Source of the DNA: an uncultured Gammaproteobacteria bacterium
GTDB taxonomy: Bacteria > Pseudomonadota > Gammaproteobacteria > UBA9214
Assembly: GCA_963701455.1 (NCBI GenBank)
Contig: CAVPAE010000010.1
Span: 114,351-178,350 of the forward strand
DNA: 64,000 nucleotides
Direction of reading: 5' to 3'
Shown here: piece after piece, positions 12,853-23,520 of the stretch
How positions within the stretch are numbered: position 1 is the first letter of the stretch
How the letters are laid out: each line of letters opens with the position of its first letter
Notes under the pieces: model-generated
The model's database searches: none
Seen by the model: the letters and a program-made list of their open reading frames with translations, nothing else
Told to the model about the DNA's origin: nothing
Position numbers and translations under genes: made by a program

Positions 12853-14769
12853 TTACTCGTCAGAGGGCGCCGGGATGACGATATTCGCCTGCATTCTCAG
12901 GGCTTCCTGCAGGGCAGCCATTTCCGCGGTTCCCTGGATCCTGCTGAATTCCCGCCAGGCCTGCTTGCGCGCGCCCTCCGGGAGTGATGCCAGGTCACCC
13001 AGCTTGACTTCATCCAGCGCAAGAATCACGTAGTCGCCTGTCGGCATGGAAAACCCCGCGTATACGGATTCGCCATCGCCGGGGTTGTCCAGCATGAAGG
13101 CCTTTGCGACCACCGGTGCCGGGTGCGTGTCCACGTTTCTGCCGACCAGGCCGGTTTTCTGCACCTCAGCCTGCGCTGTGGCAGCGGTATCTTCCAGGGT
13201 TGTTCCCTGTTCCGTGATGGCGGCAAGCAGTTCGACTCCCCTGGCCTCGGCCAGCACTCGCGCCTGTTCATCGATCAGGCGCTGTTTCACCACGTCCCTG
13301 ATCTCATCCAGTGGCTGGCGCGCGGCATCCTGATGTTCAAGCAGGCGCAGCACGACAATCTGGTTGTCGCTGATTTCAACCGGCGTACTGTTGTTCCCGT
13401 TAAGGAGCACATCCTCGCTGAAGGCAGTTTCGACAACGTCGCTGCTTGCGGCAATACCGGTGCCACCGTCACCGCTGATCCAGTCGCTCTCCTGTATCTC
13501 CAGCCCCAGGGCCTCGGCGGCTCCCTGCAGTGTGTCCGGTTGTTCGAACGTCAGGCTCGCCAGGATTTCTGATCTTTCGAAGAAAATATTGCTGCGGTCT
13601 TCCTCTTGCAGCACGGCAATCAACTCGTCACGCACCTCTTCCACGGGCGTGGCAATCGCCGGTTCAATCTCAAGCACTTCGATGACATGGTAACCAAACG
13701 GGGATTTCACCGGCTCACTGAGCGTTCCGGGAGCCAGGGAAAAGGCAGCCTCCTCAAACGTTGGCGTCATGAGACCACGACCGAACAGGCCCAGGTCACC
13801 GCCATTCGCGGCCGACCCAGGGTCATCTGAAAGCTCTTTGGCGACTGCATCGAAGGCTTCACCCCCCTCGATTCGCTTGATGGCATCCTGCGCTTTCTGC
13901 AGGGCGGCCTCGGCGGTGGCTGCATCCGCGTCCTGTGGCAACTGAATCAGGATATGCCGCGCCCGTCGCTGTTCCGGTGTGACATAGGTTTCGGAGCGCT
14001 CGTTATAGAGTGCCGCCAGCGCGTCTTCATCGACGGGGTTGTCGACCACGATGTTGTCCATGTCGAGCTGCAGATACTGGACCCTGACACGTTCAGGCAT
14101 CATGAATGCCTCGGCATGGGAATCGTAGTACTGCTTGATGTCGTCGTCGGAGACCTCGACTTGTGCATGAAACCCGGTAACCGGAAGCGTTATGTAGCGA
14201 AAGCTGCGTTGCTGCCCCTGCAGCATATAGGCCTGTTGCAGATCGTCCTGCGTGGCGGCCGCAGTCTGCAGGATGCCGGACTGCAGCTGTTCGGAGATGA
14301 TTTCCCGCTGCAGTTGCCATTCAAACCCCGAGGGCGACATGCCCTGCAGGTTCAGCACCCGGCTGTATTTCTCCTTGGAGAAAACACCATCCTGCTTGAA
14401 TGCGTCGATGGCATTGATGCGTGCTGCCAGTTGCTGGTCGCTGGCGGCAAAGCCTTCCGAATCGGCGGCCTGCAGCAGCAGTTCCTCGTTGATCAACTGC
14501 TGCAACGCGGCTGTTTTCAGCACATCCTCATCGAGCATGGCGGGATTATAGGAATCCCCCATGAGTTCCTGCATGCGCGACCTCAGGTTCTGGTAGGCAC
14601 GCTGCTGTTGCCGGGGTGTTATCTCCACGTCATTAACAACAGCGGCATAGTTCGCTACGCTGCTCTGCATGTAGGAATTGAGGCCGAAAAAGGCGAATGC
14701 GATTGACAATATGCCGAGGAGAATCCAGCCCACGACCCCCATTACGCGTTCTCGAATAGCCAGTAACAT
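12853..14769 (-). CDS. ppiD: Periplasmic folding chaperone / peptidyl-prolyl isomerase D
   Basis: N-terminal TM helix, SurA-like domain and parvulin motifs (RARHILI, GGDLG, SPFGYH). Canonical position after hupB. Confidence 0.93.
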   Translation of the reverse strand: MLLAIRERVMGVVGWILLGILSIAFAFFGLNSYMQSSVANYAAVVNDVEITPRQQQRAYQNLRSRMQELMGDSYNPAMLDEDVLKTAALQQLINEELLLQAADSEGFAASDQQLAARINAIDAFKQDGVFSKEKYSRVLNLQGMSPSGFEWQLQREIISEQLQSGILQTAAATQDDLQQAYMLQGQQRSFRYITLPVTGFHAQVEVSDDDIKQYYDSHAEAFMMPERVRVQYLQLDMDNIVVDNPVDEDALAALYNERSETYVTPEQRRARHILIQLPQDADAATAEAALQKAQDAIKRIEGGEAFDAVAKELSDDPGSAANGGDLGLFGRGLMTPTFEEAAFSLAPGTLSEPVKSPFGYHVIEVLEIEPAIATPVEEVRDELIAVLQEEDRSNIFFERSEILASLTFEQPDTLQGAAEALGLEIQESDWISGDGGTGIAASSDVVETAFSEDVLLNGNNSTPVEISDNQIVVLRLLEHQDAARQPLDEIRDVVKQRLIDEQARVLAEARGVELLAAITEQGTTLEDTAATAQAEVQKTGLVGRNVDTHPAPVVAKAFMLDNPGDGESVYAGFSMPTGDYVILALDEVKLGDLASLPEGARKQAWREFSRIQGTAEMAALQEALRMQANIVIPAPSDE

Positions 14770-14821
14770 TGTCAGTCTCTCGGGAAATTCTGATTTATGG
14801 TTTGGTCAGCGCTTTGCAAAC

Positions 14822-14853
14822 AAAGAAAGGGCACCCTGACAGGGCGCCCTTTC
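14822..14853 (-). terminator. Intrinsic terminator after tRNA-Asp
   Basis: GAAAGGGCGCCCTG-T-CAGGGTGCCCTTTC hairpin followed by T residues on the minus strand. Confidence 0.75.
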
Positions 14854-14864
14854 ACTGTCTGATA

Positions 14865-14941
14865 TGGCGGAGTGGACGGGACTCGAACCCGCGACCCCCG
14901 GCGTGACAGGCCGGTATTCTAACCAACTGAACTACCACTCC
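14865..14941 (-). tRNA. tRNA-Asp(GTC)
   Basis: GGAGTGGTAGTTCAGTTGGTTAGAATACCGGCCTGTCACGCCGG...TTCGAGTCCC...CCA. Confidence 0.97.
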
Positions 14942-14950
14942 ATTGAACCG

Positions 14951-15026
14951 TGGTGGGTGCTGAGGGGATCGAACCCCCGACATTCGCCTTGTAAGGGCGA
15001 CGCTCTCCCAGCTGAGCTAAGCACCC
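14951..15026 (-). tRNA. tRNA-Val(TAC)
   Basis: GGGTGCTTAGCTCAGCTGGGAGAGCGTCGCCCTTACAAGGCGA...TTCGATCCC...ACCA. Confidence 0.97.
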
Positions 15027-15036
15027 GAAAGGCGCG

Positions 15037-15309
15037 CTAGTTTACGGCATCCTTGAAGGCTTTTCCAGCCTTGAAGCCGGGTGATTTCGACGCCTTGATC
15101 TGAATGGTTTCACCGGTCTGGGGATTGCGACCGGCACGGGCGGCGCGCTCGCGAACCGAAAAAGTACCGAAACCTGCCAGCGCAACCTGATCCCCATTGC
15201 CCAGTGCTGCAATGATGCTGTCGAGAACAGCATCGGTTGCACGGCTGGCATCTGCCCTGGAAAGGTCTGTTTCGCTCGCTACGGCATCGATCAGTTCGGA
15301 TTTATTCAT
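15037..15309 (-). CDS. hupB: DNA-binding protein HU-beta
   Basis: MNKSELIDA...GFGTF...GRNPQTG; located after lon. Confidence 0.96.
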   Translation of the reverse strand: MNKSELIDAVASETDLSRADASRATDAVLDSIIAALGNGDQVALAGFGTFSVRERAARAGRNPQTGETIQIKASKSPGFKAGKAFKDAVN

Positions 15310-15447
15310 ATGGTTTTACCCTCAAGATAAGTTATATTTTTTTGCATCGGAAAAGATGCCCCGGTCCCGGGTTATTGCTTGCTGCCGCCATGTCTGGCGG
15401 GGCCGCCGGGCCCCGGAGAGCGGCTATTAAAACACAGTTGCCCGACG

Positions 15448-15492
15448 CAAAAAACCCGCCGGTGCTGTCATTCTGGCAACACCGGCGGGTTT
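15448..15492 (-). terminator. Intrinsic terminator after lon
   Basis: AAACCCGCCGGTG...CACCGGCGGGTTTTTT on the minus strand. Confidence 0.75.
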
Positions 15493-15511
15493 GCAGTCGT
15501 TTGCTGCGGGT

Positions 15512-17938
15512 TTAATGCGATCGCAGCGGCTTTTGCTTGGCGACAACCTTGGGCTTGACAGCCTTCGGCTCGGGTTCCTTGATATCGCCGGATTTGTGCG
15601 GTTCGGGCTGGTGCAGCAGCGCCACCTGCAGCACTTCATCGATCCATCTCACCGGGCGGATATCCAGCTTGTCCTTAACGTTCCTGGGCATGTCCGCGAG
15701 ATCCTTACGGTTTTCCTCCGGGATCAGGACGATGGAAATGCCACCGCGGTGTGCCGCCAGCAGCTTTTCCTTAAGTCCGCCGATTGGCAACACTTCGCCG
15801 CGCAGGGTGATCTCACCGGTCATGGCGACATCCGCGCGTACCGGGATATCCGTCAGGGCGGATACCAGGGCGGTACACATGCCGACACCCGCACTGGGAC
15901 CGTCCTTGGGAGTGGCGCCTTCCGGTACATGGATGTGGATGTCGTACTTCTGGTAAAACTCCGGGTCTATGCCCAGCAGTTCCGCACGACTGCGAACCAC
16001 AGTGGTAGCCGCGTGGATGGATTCCTGCATCACGTCACCAAGCTGACCGGTGTGAATCATCTTGCCCTTGCCGGGCACGATGGCTGACTCGATCGTCAGC
16101 AGTTCACCGCCGACCTCGGTCCATGCCAGCCCCGTTACCTGGCCAACCTGATCGTATTCCTCGGCACGGCCATAGCGGAAGCGTTTCACGCCCAGGTACT
16201 TCTCGAGATTTCTCGGGGTGACGGTAATTTTCTTGCCCTTCCGGTGCAGCACCAGTTCCTTGACCACCTTGCGACAGATCTTGGAAATCTCGCGCTCGAG
16301 GTTGCGGACACCTGCCTCGCGGGTGTAGTAGCGCACGATATCCCGAATGGCGTTCTGGCTGATGTTGAGTTCTTCCGGCTTGAGCCCGTTGTTCTCGATC
16401 TGTTTCGGTAACAGGTAACGCATGGCGATATTGATCTTCTCGTCTTCCGTGTAACCCGGAATCCGTATCACCTCCATGCGGTCCAGCAAGGGTGCCGGAA
16501 TATTCATGGTATTGGCGGTTGCCACGAACATGACATCGGAAAGGTCAAAATCAACCTCGAGGTAATGGTCGCTGAAGGCATGGTTCTGTTCCGGATCCAG
16601 CACCTCAAGCAGTGCCGAGGACGGATCGCCGCGGAAATCCATGGACATCTTGTCGAGTTCATCGAGCAGGAACAGTGGATTGCGCACTGACAACTTGGCC
16701 AGGTTTTGAATGATCTTGCCAGGCAGCGACCCGATATAGGTGCGCCGGTGGCCGCGGATTTCTGCCTCGTCACGAACGCCGCCCAGTGACATCCGCGAGA
16801 AGTCACGTCCGGTCGCGCGTGCAATCGAGCGTCCCAGCGAGGTCTTGCCAACACCGGGCGGTCCGACCAGACAAAGGATCGGGCCTTTCAGTTTCTTGAC
16901 GCGCTGCTGCACGGCAAGATATTCCAGGATGCGTTCCTTGACCTTCTCCAGACCGTAGTGATCCTCTTCCAGCACGCTTTCGGCGAGCGCCAGGTCGTTG
17001 CGGATCCTGGAGCGTTTTTTCCAGGGAACGCTGACCAGCCAGTCGATGTAGTTGCGGACAACCGTGGCCTCGGCGGACATGGGTGACATCATCTTTAACT
17101 TGTTCAGTTCGGAGGTCGCCTTCTCCTTGGCTTCCTTGCTCATGCCGGCCTTGCTGATCTTCTGCTCCAGGTCCTCAAGTTCGTTCGGCGTATCTTCCAT
17201 GTCGCCGAGTTCCTTCTGGATGGCCTTCATCTGCTCATTCAGGTAGTACTCGCGCTGGCTCTTCTCCATCTGCTGCTTGACGCGGCCGCGGATACGCTTC
17301 TCGATCTGCATGATGTCGATCTCGCCCTCGATCAGCACCATCAGGCGTTCGATGCGGACCCTGGCATTTTCGATCTCGAGGATCTTCTGCTTCTCATCGA
17401 GCTTCAGGGACATGTGTGCGGCGATGGTGTCAGCCAGCCTGCCGGCCTCATCGATCCCGGACAGCGAGGTCAGAATCTCGGGCGGCACTTTCTTGTTGAG
17501 CTTCACATACTGATCGAAAATGGCCAGCAGGGAACGGGTAAGGACCTCGAGTTCCTTTTCGTTCTCGTCGGCCTCGGGTGTCATTGGCTCGATGTTCGCG
17601 GTAAAGAATGCGTCGGTATTTTCATAGCCAGTGATGCGCACCCGCTCGGCACCCTCGACCAGCACCTTGACGGTTCCGTCGGGCAGCTTGAGCAACTGCA
17701 GGATCGTCGACAGGGTACCGATTTCGTGGATGTCCTCGACGGCAGGATCATCGACTTCGGCATTTTTTTGCGCAACCAGCAGGATTTTCTTGTCTTCCTG
17801 CATGGCGGTATCCAGCGCGTTGATCGATTTTTCACGTCCAACGAACAGCGGGATTACCATGTGGGGGTATACGACCACATCCCGTAGCGGCAAGACCGGT
17901 ATTGCGTTTGTGGCTTGGTCTGTCATTTTAGAGCCCAT
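15512..17938 (-). CDS. lon: ATP-dependent protease La
   Basis: PVLPLRD N-domain, GPPGVGKTS and PKDGPSAG catalytic motif. The start may be 17926. Confidence 0.98.
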   Translation of the reverse strand: MGSKMTDQATNAIPVLPLRDVVVYPHMVIPLFVGREKSINALDTAMQEDKKILLVAQKNAEVDDPAVEDIHEIGTLSTILQLLKLPDGTVKVLVEGAERVRITGYENTDAFFTANIEPMTPEADENEKELEVLTRSLLAIFDQYVKLNKKVPPEILTSLSGIDEAGRLADTIAAHMSLKLDEKQKILEIENARVRIERLMVLIEGEIDIMQIEKRIRGRVKQQMEKSQREYYLNEQMKAIQKELGDMEDTPNELEDLEQKISKAGMSKEAKEKATSELNKLKMMSPMSAEATVVRNYIDWLVSVPWKKRSRIRNDLALAESVLEEDHYGLEKVKERILEYLAVQQRVKKLKGPILCLVGPPGVGKTSLGRSIARATGRDFSRMSLGGVRDEAEIRGHRRTYIGSLPGKIIQNLAKLSVRNPLFLLDELDKMSMDFRGDPSSALLEVLDPEQNHAFSDHYLEVDFDLSDVMFVATANTMNIPAPLLDRMEVIRIPGYTEDEKINIAMRYLLPKQIENNGLKPEELNISQNAIRDIVRYYTREAGVRNLEREISKICRKVVKELVLHRKGKKITVTPRNLEKYLGVKRFRYGRAEEYDQVGQVTGLAWTEVGGELLTIESAIVPGKGKMIHTGQLGDVMQESIHAATTVVRSRAELLGIDPEFYQKYDIHIHVPEGATPKDGPSAGVGMCTALVSALTDIPVRADVAMTGEITLRGEVLPIGGLKEKLLAAHRGGISIVLIPEENRKDLADMPRNVKDKLDIRPVRWIDEVLQVALLHQPEPHKSGDIKEPEPKAVKPKVVAKQKPLRSH

Positions 17939-18064
17939 CCGTCTGTAAAGTCTGATTAGTCCGGGTTGTCAGCGGCTTCCCGCCAGAATTCCGTCACAAC
18001 AGTTACCAGCCCGGTGCTTACCCGTCGATAGCCTGATGGTCAGAACTGCAACCATGAATATCTT

Positions 18065-18092
18065 ATATGGGGCAGCTTTGTGGTTCTTCAAC
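18065..18092 (-). promoter_or_regulatory. Sigma32 (RpoH)-type promoter for lon
   Basis: GTTGAA-N14-CCCCATAT on the minus strand, matching CTTGAA-N13/14-CCCCAT. Confidence 0.75.
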
Positions 18093-18119
18093 CATATTTT
18101 TGACGGGTATTAACATTGC

Positions 18120-18135
18120 AGCAAGGAGCATGCCA
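18120..18135 (-). promoter_or_regulatory. Sigma54-type -24/-12 motif upstream of lon
   Basis: TGGCATG-CTCC-TTGCT, with exact GG-N10-GC spacing. Confidence 0.55.
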
Positions 18136-18197
18136 GTGCGCATGCAGCACAGAATAAATAACAAGCAAGGTTGCTAATTGTTATTGATATGAAGAGC

Positions 18198-19469
18198 TTA
18201 CTCGGAAGCCGCGATGGGTTCCGGGGTGTCAAAGATCATGTAGGGTTCGGCGCTACCGAGAATAACATTCTCGTCAATGACCACTTTTCTGACGTTTTCC
18301 ATTGATGGCAGGTCGTACATGGTATCGAGCAGTATCTGCTCCAGGATAGTGCGCAAGCCACGGGCACCGGTCTTGCGGGCCATTGCCTTGCGTGCTACTG
18401 CCCTGAGGGCTTCCTCGCGGAATTCGATTTCACATCCTTCCATATCGAAGAGTTTTTCATACTGCTTGGTGAGGGCATTCTTGGGCTCGGTTAGTATCTG
18501 CACCAGGGCGTCCTCGTCGAGTTCTTCAAGTGTGGCAACAACCGGCAGGCGACCGACGAACTCGGGTATCAGGCCATACTTGATCAGGTCTTCGGGTTCT
18601 ACCTCATACAGGATTTCGCCCAGGCTGACTTCCTCTGCCTTGCTCTTGACCTCGGCGGCAAAGCCGATGCCGCCCTTTTCCGAGCGGCCACGAATGATCT
18701 TGTCGAGACCGGAAAACGCACCACCCACGATAAACAGGATGCTGGACGTATCCACCTGCAGGAATTCCTGCTGGGGGTGTTTGCGCCCACCCTGCGGAGG
18801 AACCGAGGCGACAGTTCCCTCGATCAGTTTCAGCAGGGCCTGCTGGACGCCCTCACCGGAGACATCCCGGGTAATGGAGGGGTTGTCGGACTTCCTGGAT
18901 ATCTTGTCGATTTCATCAATGTAGACGATGCCGGTCTGGGCCTTCTCGACATCGTAATCGCATTTCTGCAGCAGCTTCTGGATGATGTTCTCGACATCCT
19001 CGCCAACATAGCCAGCCTCGGTGAGGGTCGTCGCATCCGCGATCGTGAAGGGTACGTCGAGCAGGCGCGCCAGGGTCTCGGCCAGCAGGGTCTTGCCCGA
19101 GCCGGTCGGCCCGATCAGCAGGATGTTGCTCTTGGAGAGTTCGACATCATCCTTCCTGGTCTGCGCATCCAGGCGCTTGTAGTGGTTGTAAACCGCGACG
19201 GAAAGGACTTTCTTGGCCCGAACCTGGCCAATGACATATTCGTTGAGAACGTCGTTGATTTCGTGCGGATTGGGAAGCTTTTCTCCACCCGAGGCGGATT
19301 TCTCCTGCATCTCCTCCCGAATAATGTCATTGCAAAGTTCGACACACTCGTCACATACAAAGACCGACGGACCGGCAATCAGCTTGCGGACTTCATGCTG
19401 GCTTTTGCCACAGAAAGAACAATAGAGCAGCTTCCCGTCTTCGCTCTTGCCGTTGCGCTCATTGGTCAT
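18198..19469 (-). CDS. clpX: ClpX ATPase
   Basis: CSFCGK zinc finger, GPTGSGKT and [10 protein letters not shown] motifs. Confidence 0.98.
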   Translation of the reverse strand: MTNERNGKSEDGKLLYCSFCGKSQHEVRKLIAGPSVFVCDECVELCNDIIREEMQEKSASGGEKLPNPHEINDVLNEYVIGQVRAKKVLSVAVYNHYKRLDAQTRKDDVELSKSNILLIGPTGSGKTLLAETLARLLDVPFTIADATTLTEAGYVGEDVENIIQKLLQKCDYDVEKAQTGIVYIDEIDKISRKSDNPSITRDVSGEGVQQALLKLIEGTVASVPPQGGRKHPQQEFLQVDTSSILFIVGGAFSGLDKIIRGRSEKGGIGFAAEVKSKAEEVSLGEILYEVEPEDLIKYGLIPEFVGRLPVVATLEELDEDALVQILTEPKNALTKQYEKLFDMEGCEIEFREEALRAVARKAMARKTGARGLRTILEQILLDTMYDLPSMENVRKVVIDENVILGSAEPYMIFDTPEPIAASE

Positions 19470-19645
19470 CTCAAGCCCTCACCGTTATCTAAAATATATC
19501 CGCCGTAGACAGGTTTGTAACACTCTTTGTTATTGCGAATCAACTCCCATGAAGCCATGCAAAGCAAGGATACCGGTTGAATTCAGGGGTTTATGACGGG
19601 TCAGGGCCGGTTTCACGCGGCGTGCCAGCCCCCTGTTGCAAACGG

Positions 19646-20296
19646 TCAGCTGGCTGTTTCCGTGCCGGCCGTGCGCTGCTCCAGGATTTCATCGATCAGT
19701 CCGTATGCCCTGGCCGCTTCCGCACCCATGAAATTGTCACGTTCCGTATCCTGCTGGATTTTCTCCAGCGACTGGCCGGTGTGGTTGGCAAGAATCTGGT
19801 TGAGCTTTTCGCGGATCAGCAGGATCTCCCTGGCATGAATGTCGATATCTGTTGCCTGCCCCTGGAATCCGCCGAGCGGCTGGTGAATCATCATGCGTGA
19901 ATGCGGCAGGCAGACGCGCTTGCCTTTGGCGCCACCGGCCAGCAGCAATGCCCCCATGCTGGCCGCCTGGCCGATACACATGGTGCTGACGTCCGCCTTG
20001 ATAAACTGCATGGTGTCATAAATCGCAAGCCCGGCCGTGACGGAGCCGCCGGGTGAGTTGATGTAGAGGTGGATGTCCTTGTCCGGATTCTCGGATTCGA
20101 GGAACAGCAACTGGGCGACCACGACATTGGCCATGTAATCCTCGACCGGGCCGACCATGAAAACCACCCTTTCCTTGAGCAGCCGGGAATAGATATCGTA
20201 GGAGCGTTCTCCGCGTGCCGTCTGTTCGACAACGATGGGAACCAGATTCAGTGCCCTTGTATCCAGTGCGCTATTCATAGGGTATTTATCGGACAT
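19646..20296 (-). CDS. clpP: ClpP protease subunit
   Basis: [24 protein letters not shown] and HQP motifs. Confidence 0.98.
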   Translation of the reverse strand: MSDKYPMNSALDTRALNLVPIVVEQTARGERSYDIYSRLLKERVVFMVGPVEDYMANVVVAQLLFLESENPDKDIHLYINSPGGSVTAGLAIYDTMQFIKADVSTMCIGQAASMGALLLAGGAKGKRVCLPHSRMMIHQPLGGFQGQATDIDIHAREILLIREKLNQILANHTGQSLEKIQQDTERDNFMGAEAARAYGLIDEILEQRTAGTETAS

Positions 20297-20302
20297 GCAT
20301 GT

Positions 20303-21592
20303 TTATCCTTGAGATTGTTTGGCTTTGTCAACGAGGTCGCTGAAGGACATGGAATTGTCGGAAATATCAACGCCACCATGCTCCATGACCCACTCAACAG
20401 CCTGGTCCTCGATGACTGCTGACTGCACCCCGGAGAGCATTTCCTGGTTGCCGTAGTACCACTGCACGACCTCTTCAGGTTTTTCATAGGATGCTGCGAT
20501 ATTGTCCACGACTTCGCGGACCCGCTCCGGGTCCAGCTGGATCTGGTTCTGCTTGACGATCTCGGAAACGATGACGCCGAGTTTCACCCGTCTTTCCGCC
20601 TCAGCCTGCAGCGCGGCAGTATCCCCGGCCGCATTGCCTTTCCGGCCGCGTAATTCCAGTGTTTCACTCTCGACCAGCTGCTTCGGCACCTCGACGGGAT
20701 TGTATTCCAGCAGACCCGCGAACACCTGGCTCTTCAGACTGGATGAAACCAGGCCCTTGAGCTCGCGCTGCATGTTGCCGGTAATTTCTGCTTTCAGTGC
20801 ATCCATACCGCCTTCGGCTATCCCGAATGCTTTGGCAAAGTCATCATTCAGTTCCGGAAGTTCCATCTCTGCGACCTGGTGTACCTTAACCTGGAAGCTC
20901 GCCGCCTTGCCTGCGACCTCGGAGCCCGGGTAATTGTCTGGAAATGTCACCTCGATGGTTTTTTCGTCACCCGCGGAAACCCCGCTCAACTGTTCCTCAA
21001 AGCCGGGAATCATGCTGTTTGAACCCAGCACGAGGGGCATGTTTTCCGCCTTGTTGCCGGCAAAGGCCTCGCCGTTGATGCTACCCTCGAAGTCAATGAT
21101 GACCTGATCACCCGATTTTGCGGCACGCTCCACCGCCGTCCAGGTTGCACGCTGTTTGCGCAGGTTTTCCAGCATCTCGGTGATATCACTCTCGTTGATA
21201 TCCACCACCGGCCGGTCGACCTTGAAACCGTAATTGACCGGCCCGGTCAGCTCCGGAAAGATCTCGAAGTTGACGACGTATTCGAAGGGTTCGCCAGGCT
21301 GCGAGTCTATGGGTTCGACGCTGGGTTCACCCGCCGGGCGAACACTCTCCTGTGCCATGGCTTCCTGCATGGTTGAATTCAGGACCTGCTGAAGAACCTC
21401 CGCACGAACCTGTTTTCCGTATTTTTGCTCGACGACCCGCAGGGGTACCTTGCCGGGCCGGAATCCGTCCAGGCGTACGGTCCGGGTCATTGATTCCAGT
21501 CGCGAGCTAACTTCACTATCCACACGTTCGGCAGGCACCTGCACCGTCATGCGTCGCCCCAGTCCCCCGGTATTTTCCAAAGATACTTCCAT
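20303..21592 (-). CDS. tig: Trigger factor
   Basis: GFRPGKVP ribosome-binding motif and FKBP domain (IPGFEEQL). Confidence 0.97.
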   Translation of the reverse strand: MEVSLENTGGLGRRMTVQVPAERVDSEVSSRLESMTRTVRLDGFRPGKVPLRVVEQKYGKQVRAEVLQQVLNSTMQEAMAQESVRPAGEPSVEPIDSQPGEPFEYVVNFEIFPELTGPVNYGFKVDRPVVDINESDITEMLENLRKQRATWTAVERAAKSGDQVIIDFEGSINGEAFAGNKAENMPLVLGSNSMIPGFEEQLSGVSAGDEKTIEVTFPDNYPGSEVAGKAASFQVKVHQVAEMELPELNDDFAKAFGIAEGGMDALKAEITGNMQRELKGLVSSSLKSQVFAGLLEYNPVEVPKQLVESETLELRGRKGNAAGDTAALQAEAERRVKLGVIVSEIVKQNQIQLDPERVREVVDNIAASYEKPEEVVQWYYGNQEMLSGVQSAVIEDQAVEWVMEHGGVDISDNSMSFSDLVDKAKQSQG

Positions 21593-21697
21593 TTCATTAC
21601 CTCATTTTAAATTTGTCAGCCCGCGAACTACCTGGTTCGCAGTGCCGTGTCAGAGCCCTTGCCGGGTACGCGGATAGTGCCAGCATCCCGGCGGGTG

Positions 21698-21779
<82 letters not shown>

Positions 21780-21910
21780 CCGGGTATACCAAGTTACCGC
21801 AAATCCGGCTGATACAGCCGGAAAGTATAACGATGTGCGCAGTGTTTGCGCACCCCTGTTTTTCCGCGCATCCGCAGATAGCGACATTTGAACAGTCGTT
21901 GCAGAAAAAT

Positions 21911-21937
21911 AAAAAAAAGCCCGCACGGATGCGGGCT
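21911..21937 (-). terminator. Intrinsic terminator after tRNA-Lys
   Basis: AGCCCGCATCCGTGCGGGCTTTTTTTT. Confidence 0.85.
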
Positions 21938-21941
21938 GATT

Positions 21942-22017
21942 TGGTGGGCCGTGTAGGAATCGAACCTACAACCAATGGATTAAGAGTCCACTGCTCTACC
22001 AATTGAGCTAACGGCCC
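21942..22017 (-). tRNA. tRNA-Lys(CTT)
   Basis: GGGCCGTTAGCTCAATTGGTAGAGCAGTGGACTCTTAATCCAT...ACCA. Confidence 0.96.
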
Positions 22018-22098
22018 TGAATGCGCGGTATTCCAACACAGCGGCCTGCCGGGTTCAAGCGGCTGGCGATACCCCGATGGCTGCTGCGGTTAAAAAAA

Positions 22099-22175
22099 TG
22101 GGGTGGACGATGGGACTCGAACCCACGACGACTGGAATCACAATCCAGGGCTCTACCAACTGAGCTACGCCCACC
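22099..22175 (-). tRNA. tRNA-His(GTG)
   Basis: G(-1)GTGGGCGTAGCTCAGTTGGTAGAGCCCTGGATTGTGATTCCAG...CCCA. Confidence 0.96.
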
Positions 22176-22214
22176 ATTAAACCATTGTAAATCCTGTACT
22201 TCTCGCCAATTATA

Positions 22215-22291
22215 TGGCGCGCCCGGCAGGAATCGAACCTGCAACCGTCGGCTTAGAAGGCCGGTGCTCTATCCGGTTGAGCTACGGGCGC
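22215..22291 (-). tRNA. tRNA-Arg(TCT)
   Basis: GCGCCCGTAGCTCAACCGGATAGAGCACCGGCCTTCTAAGCCG...GCCA. Confidence 0.96.
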
Positions 22292-22333
22292 CAGGTAAGT
22301 GCCTGGACTGCAGCACCCGTGTGCTGTCCTTAT

Positions 22334-22410
22334 TGGTCGGGGTAGAGAGATTCGAACTCCCGACATCCTGCTCCCAAAGCAGGCGCGCTACCAGGCTGCG
22401 CTATACCCCG
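22334..22410 (-). tRNA. tRNA-Pro(TGG)
   Basis: CGGGGTATAGCGCAGCCTGGTAGCGCGCCTGCTTTGGGAGCAGG...ACCA. Confidence 0.96.
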
Positions 22411-22466
22411 TTCTCTGCATACCGACTGCCGGCGGTCACGCGAATGCCGCCCTGCTGAGCGCGACG

Positions 22467-22495
22467 ATAATACGTGCTACCCGGGAAGTGGTCAA
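22467..22495 (-). promoter_or_regulatory. Sigma70 promoter of the Pro-Arg-His-Lys tRNA operon
   Basis: TTGACC-N17-TATTAT followed by a GC-rich discriminator (CGTCGCGC). Confidence 0.7.
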
Positions 22496-22653
22496 ATACC
22501 ATCGCACCCGGCCAGCATGATTCCTGCCGTGGTTTCCGCTGTCTGATCAGAAGGAGTGGTCTGTTGTGGGAATATCCTGTTTGCAGTTGTCCTCGGGGAT
22601 AGCCGCATGCGAGAATCGCGGCTTCATTTCCACAACAATTCAACGCGAATTTC

Positions 22654-23520
22654 ATGACCGCCAAACTGATCGATGGCAAGGGTATCGCCGCCGAGGTGCG
22701 CCGTTCCGTCAGGAACCGGGTCGAGGCCCGCCGGAAAAACGCTCTGCGTATTCCGGGGTTGGCGGTCGTCCTCGTGGGCCAGGATCCTGCATCGGAAATC
22801 TACGTGCGCAACAAGCGCAAGGCCTGTGACGAGGCCGGCATTATCTCGCATTCCTACGATCTGCCGCGTGAAACAGCGGAAAAGCAGTTGCTCGGATTGA
22901 TCGACGAACTGAACAATGATGCAACCATCGATGGCATCCTGGTCCAGTTTCCCTTGCCGCCGCACATTGATGCAGACAAGGTCACGGAGCGCATTCGCCC
23001 GGACAAGGACGTGGATGGTTTCCACCCCTACAATATCGGGCGGCTTGCCCTGCGGCGTCCGTCACTGCGTTCCTGCACGCCGCGTGGCGTGATTACCCTG
23101 CTGGAGCACACCAGCGAAACATTCTACGGTCGTGAAGCCGTGGTAGTGGGCGCCTCCAACATCGTCGGGCGTCCCATGGGGCTGGAGCTGCTGCTGGCCG
23201 GTTGCACGGTGACCACCTGTCACCGTTTCACCCGTGACCTCGAGCACCACGTCGGCCAGGCGGATATCCTGGTGGTGGCCGTCGGCAAGCCCGGGGTGGT
23301 TTCCGGGGCCTGGGTAAAACCCGGTGCCACGGTCATCGATATCGGCATCAATCGTCGGGAAGACGGCAGCCTGGTGGGTGATATTGAATTTGACGCGGCT
23401 TACGAACGCGCGGAATGGATTACACCGGTTCCCGGTGGCGTGGGTCCCATGACCGTTGCCACGCTGCTGGAGAACACCCTGTTTGCAGCTGAGGAGCTGC
23501 ATCCTGAGCAATGCTGCTAG
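22654..23520 (+). CDS. folD: Methylene-THF dehydrogenase/cyclohydrolase
   Basis: [17 protein letters not shown] and [11 protein letters not shown] motifs. Confidence 0.97.
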   Translation: MTAKLIDGKGIAAEVRRSVRNRVEARRKNALRIPGLAVVLVGQDPASEIYVRNKRKACDEAGIISHSYDLPRETAEKQLLGLIDELNNDATIDGILVQFPLPPHIDADKVTERIRPDKDVDGFHPYNIGRLALRRPSLRSCTPRGVITLLEHTSETFYGREAVVVGASNIVGRPMGLELLLAGCTVTTCHRFTRDLEHHVGQADILVVAVGKPGVVSGAWVKPGATVIDIGINRREDGSLVGDIEFDAAYERAEWITPVPGGVGPMTVATLLENTLFAAEELHPEQCC

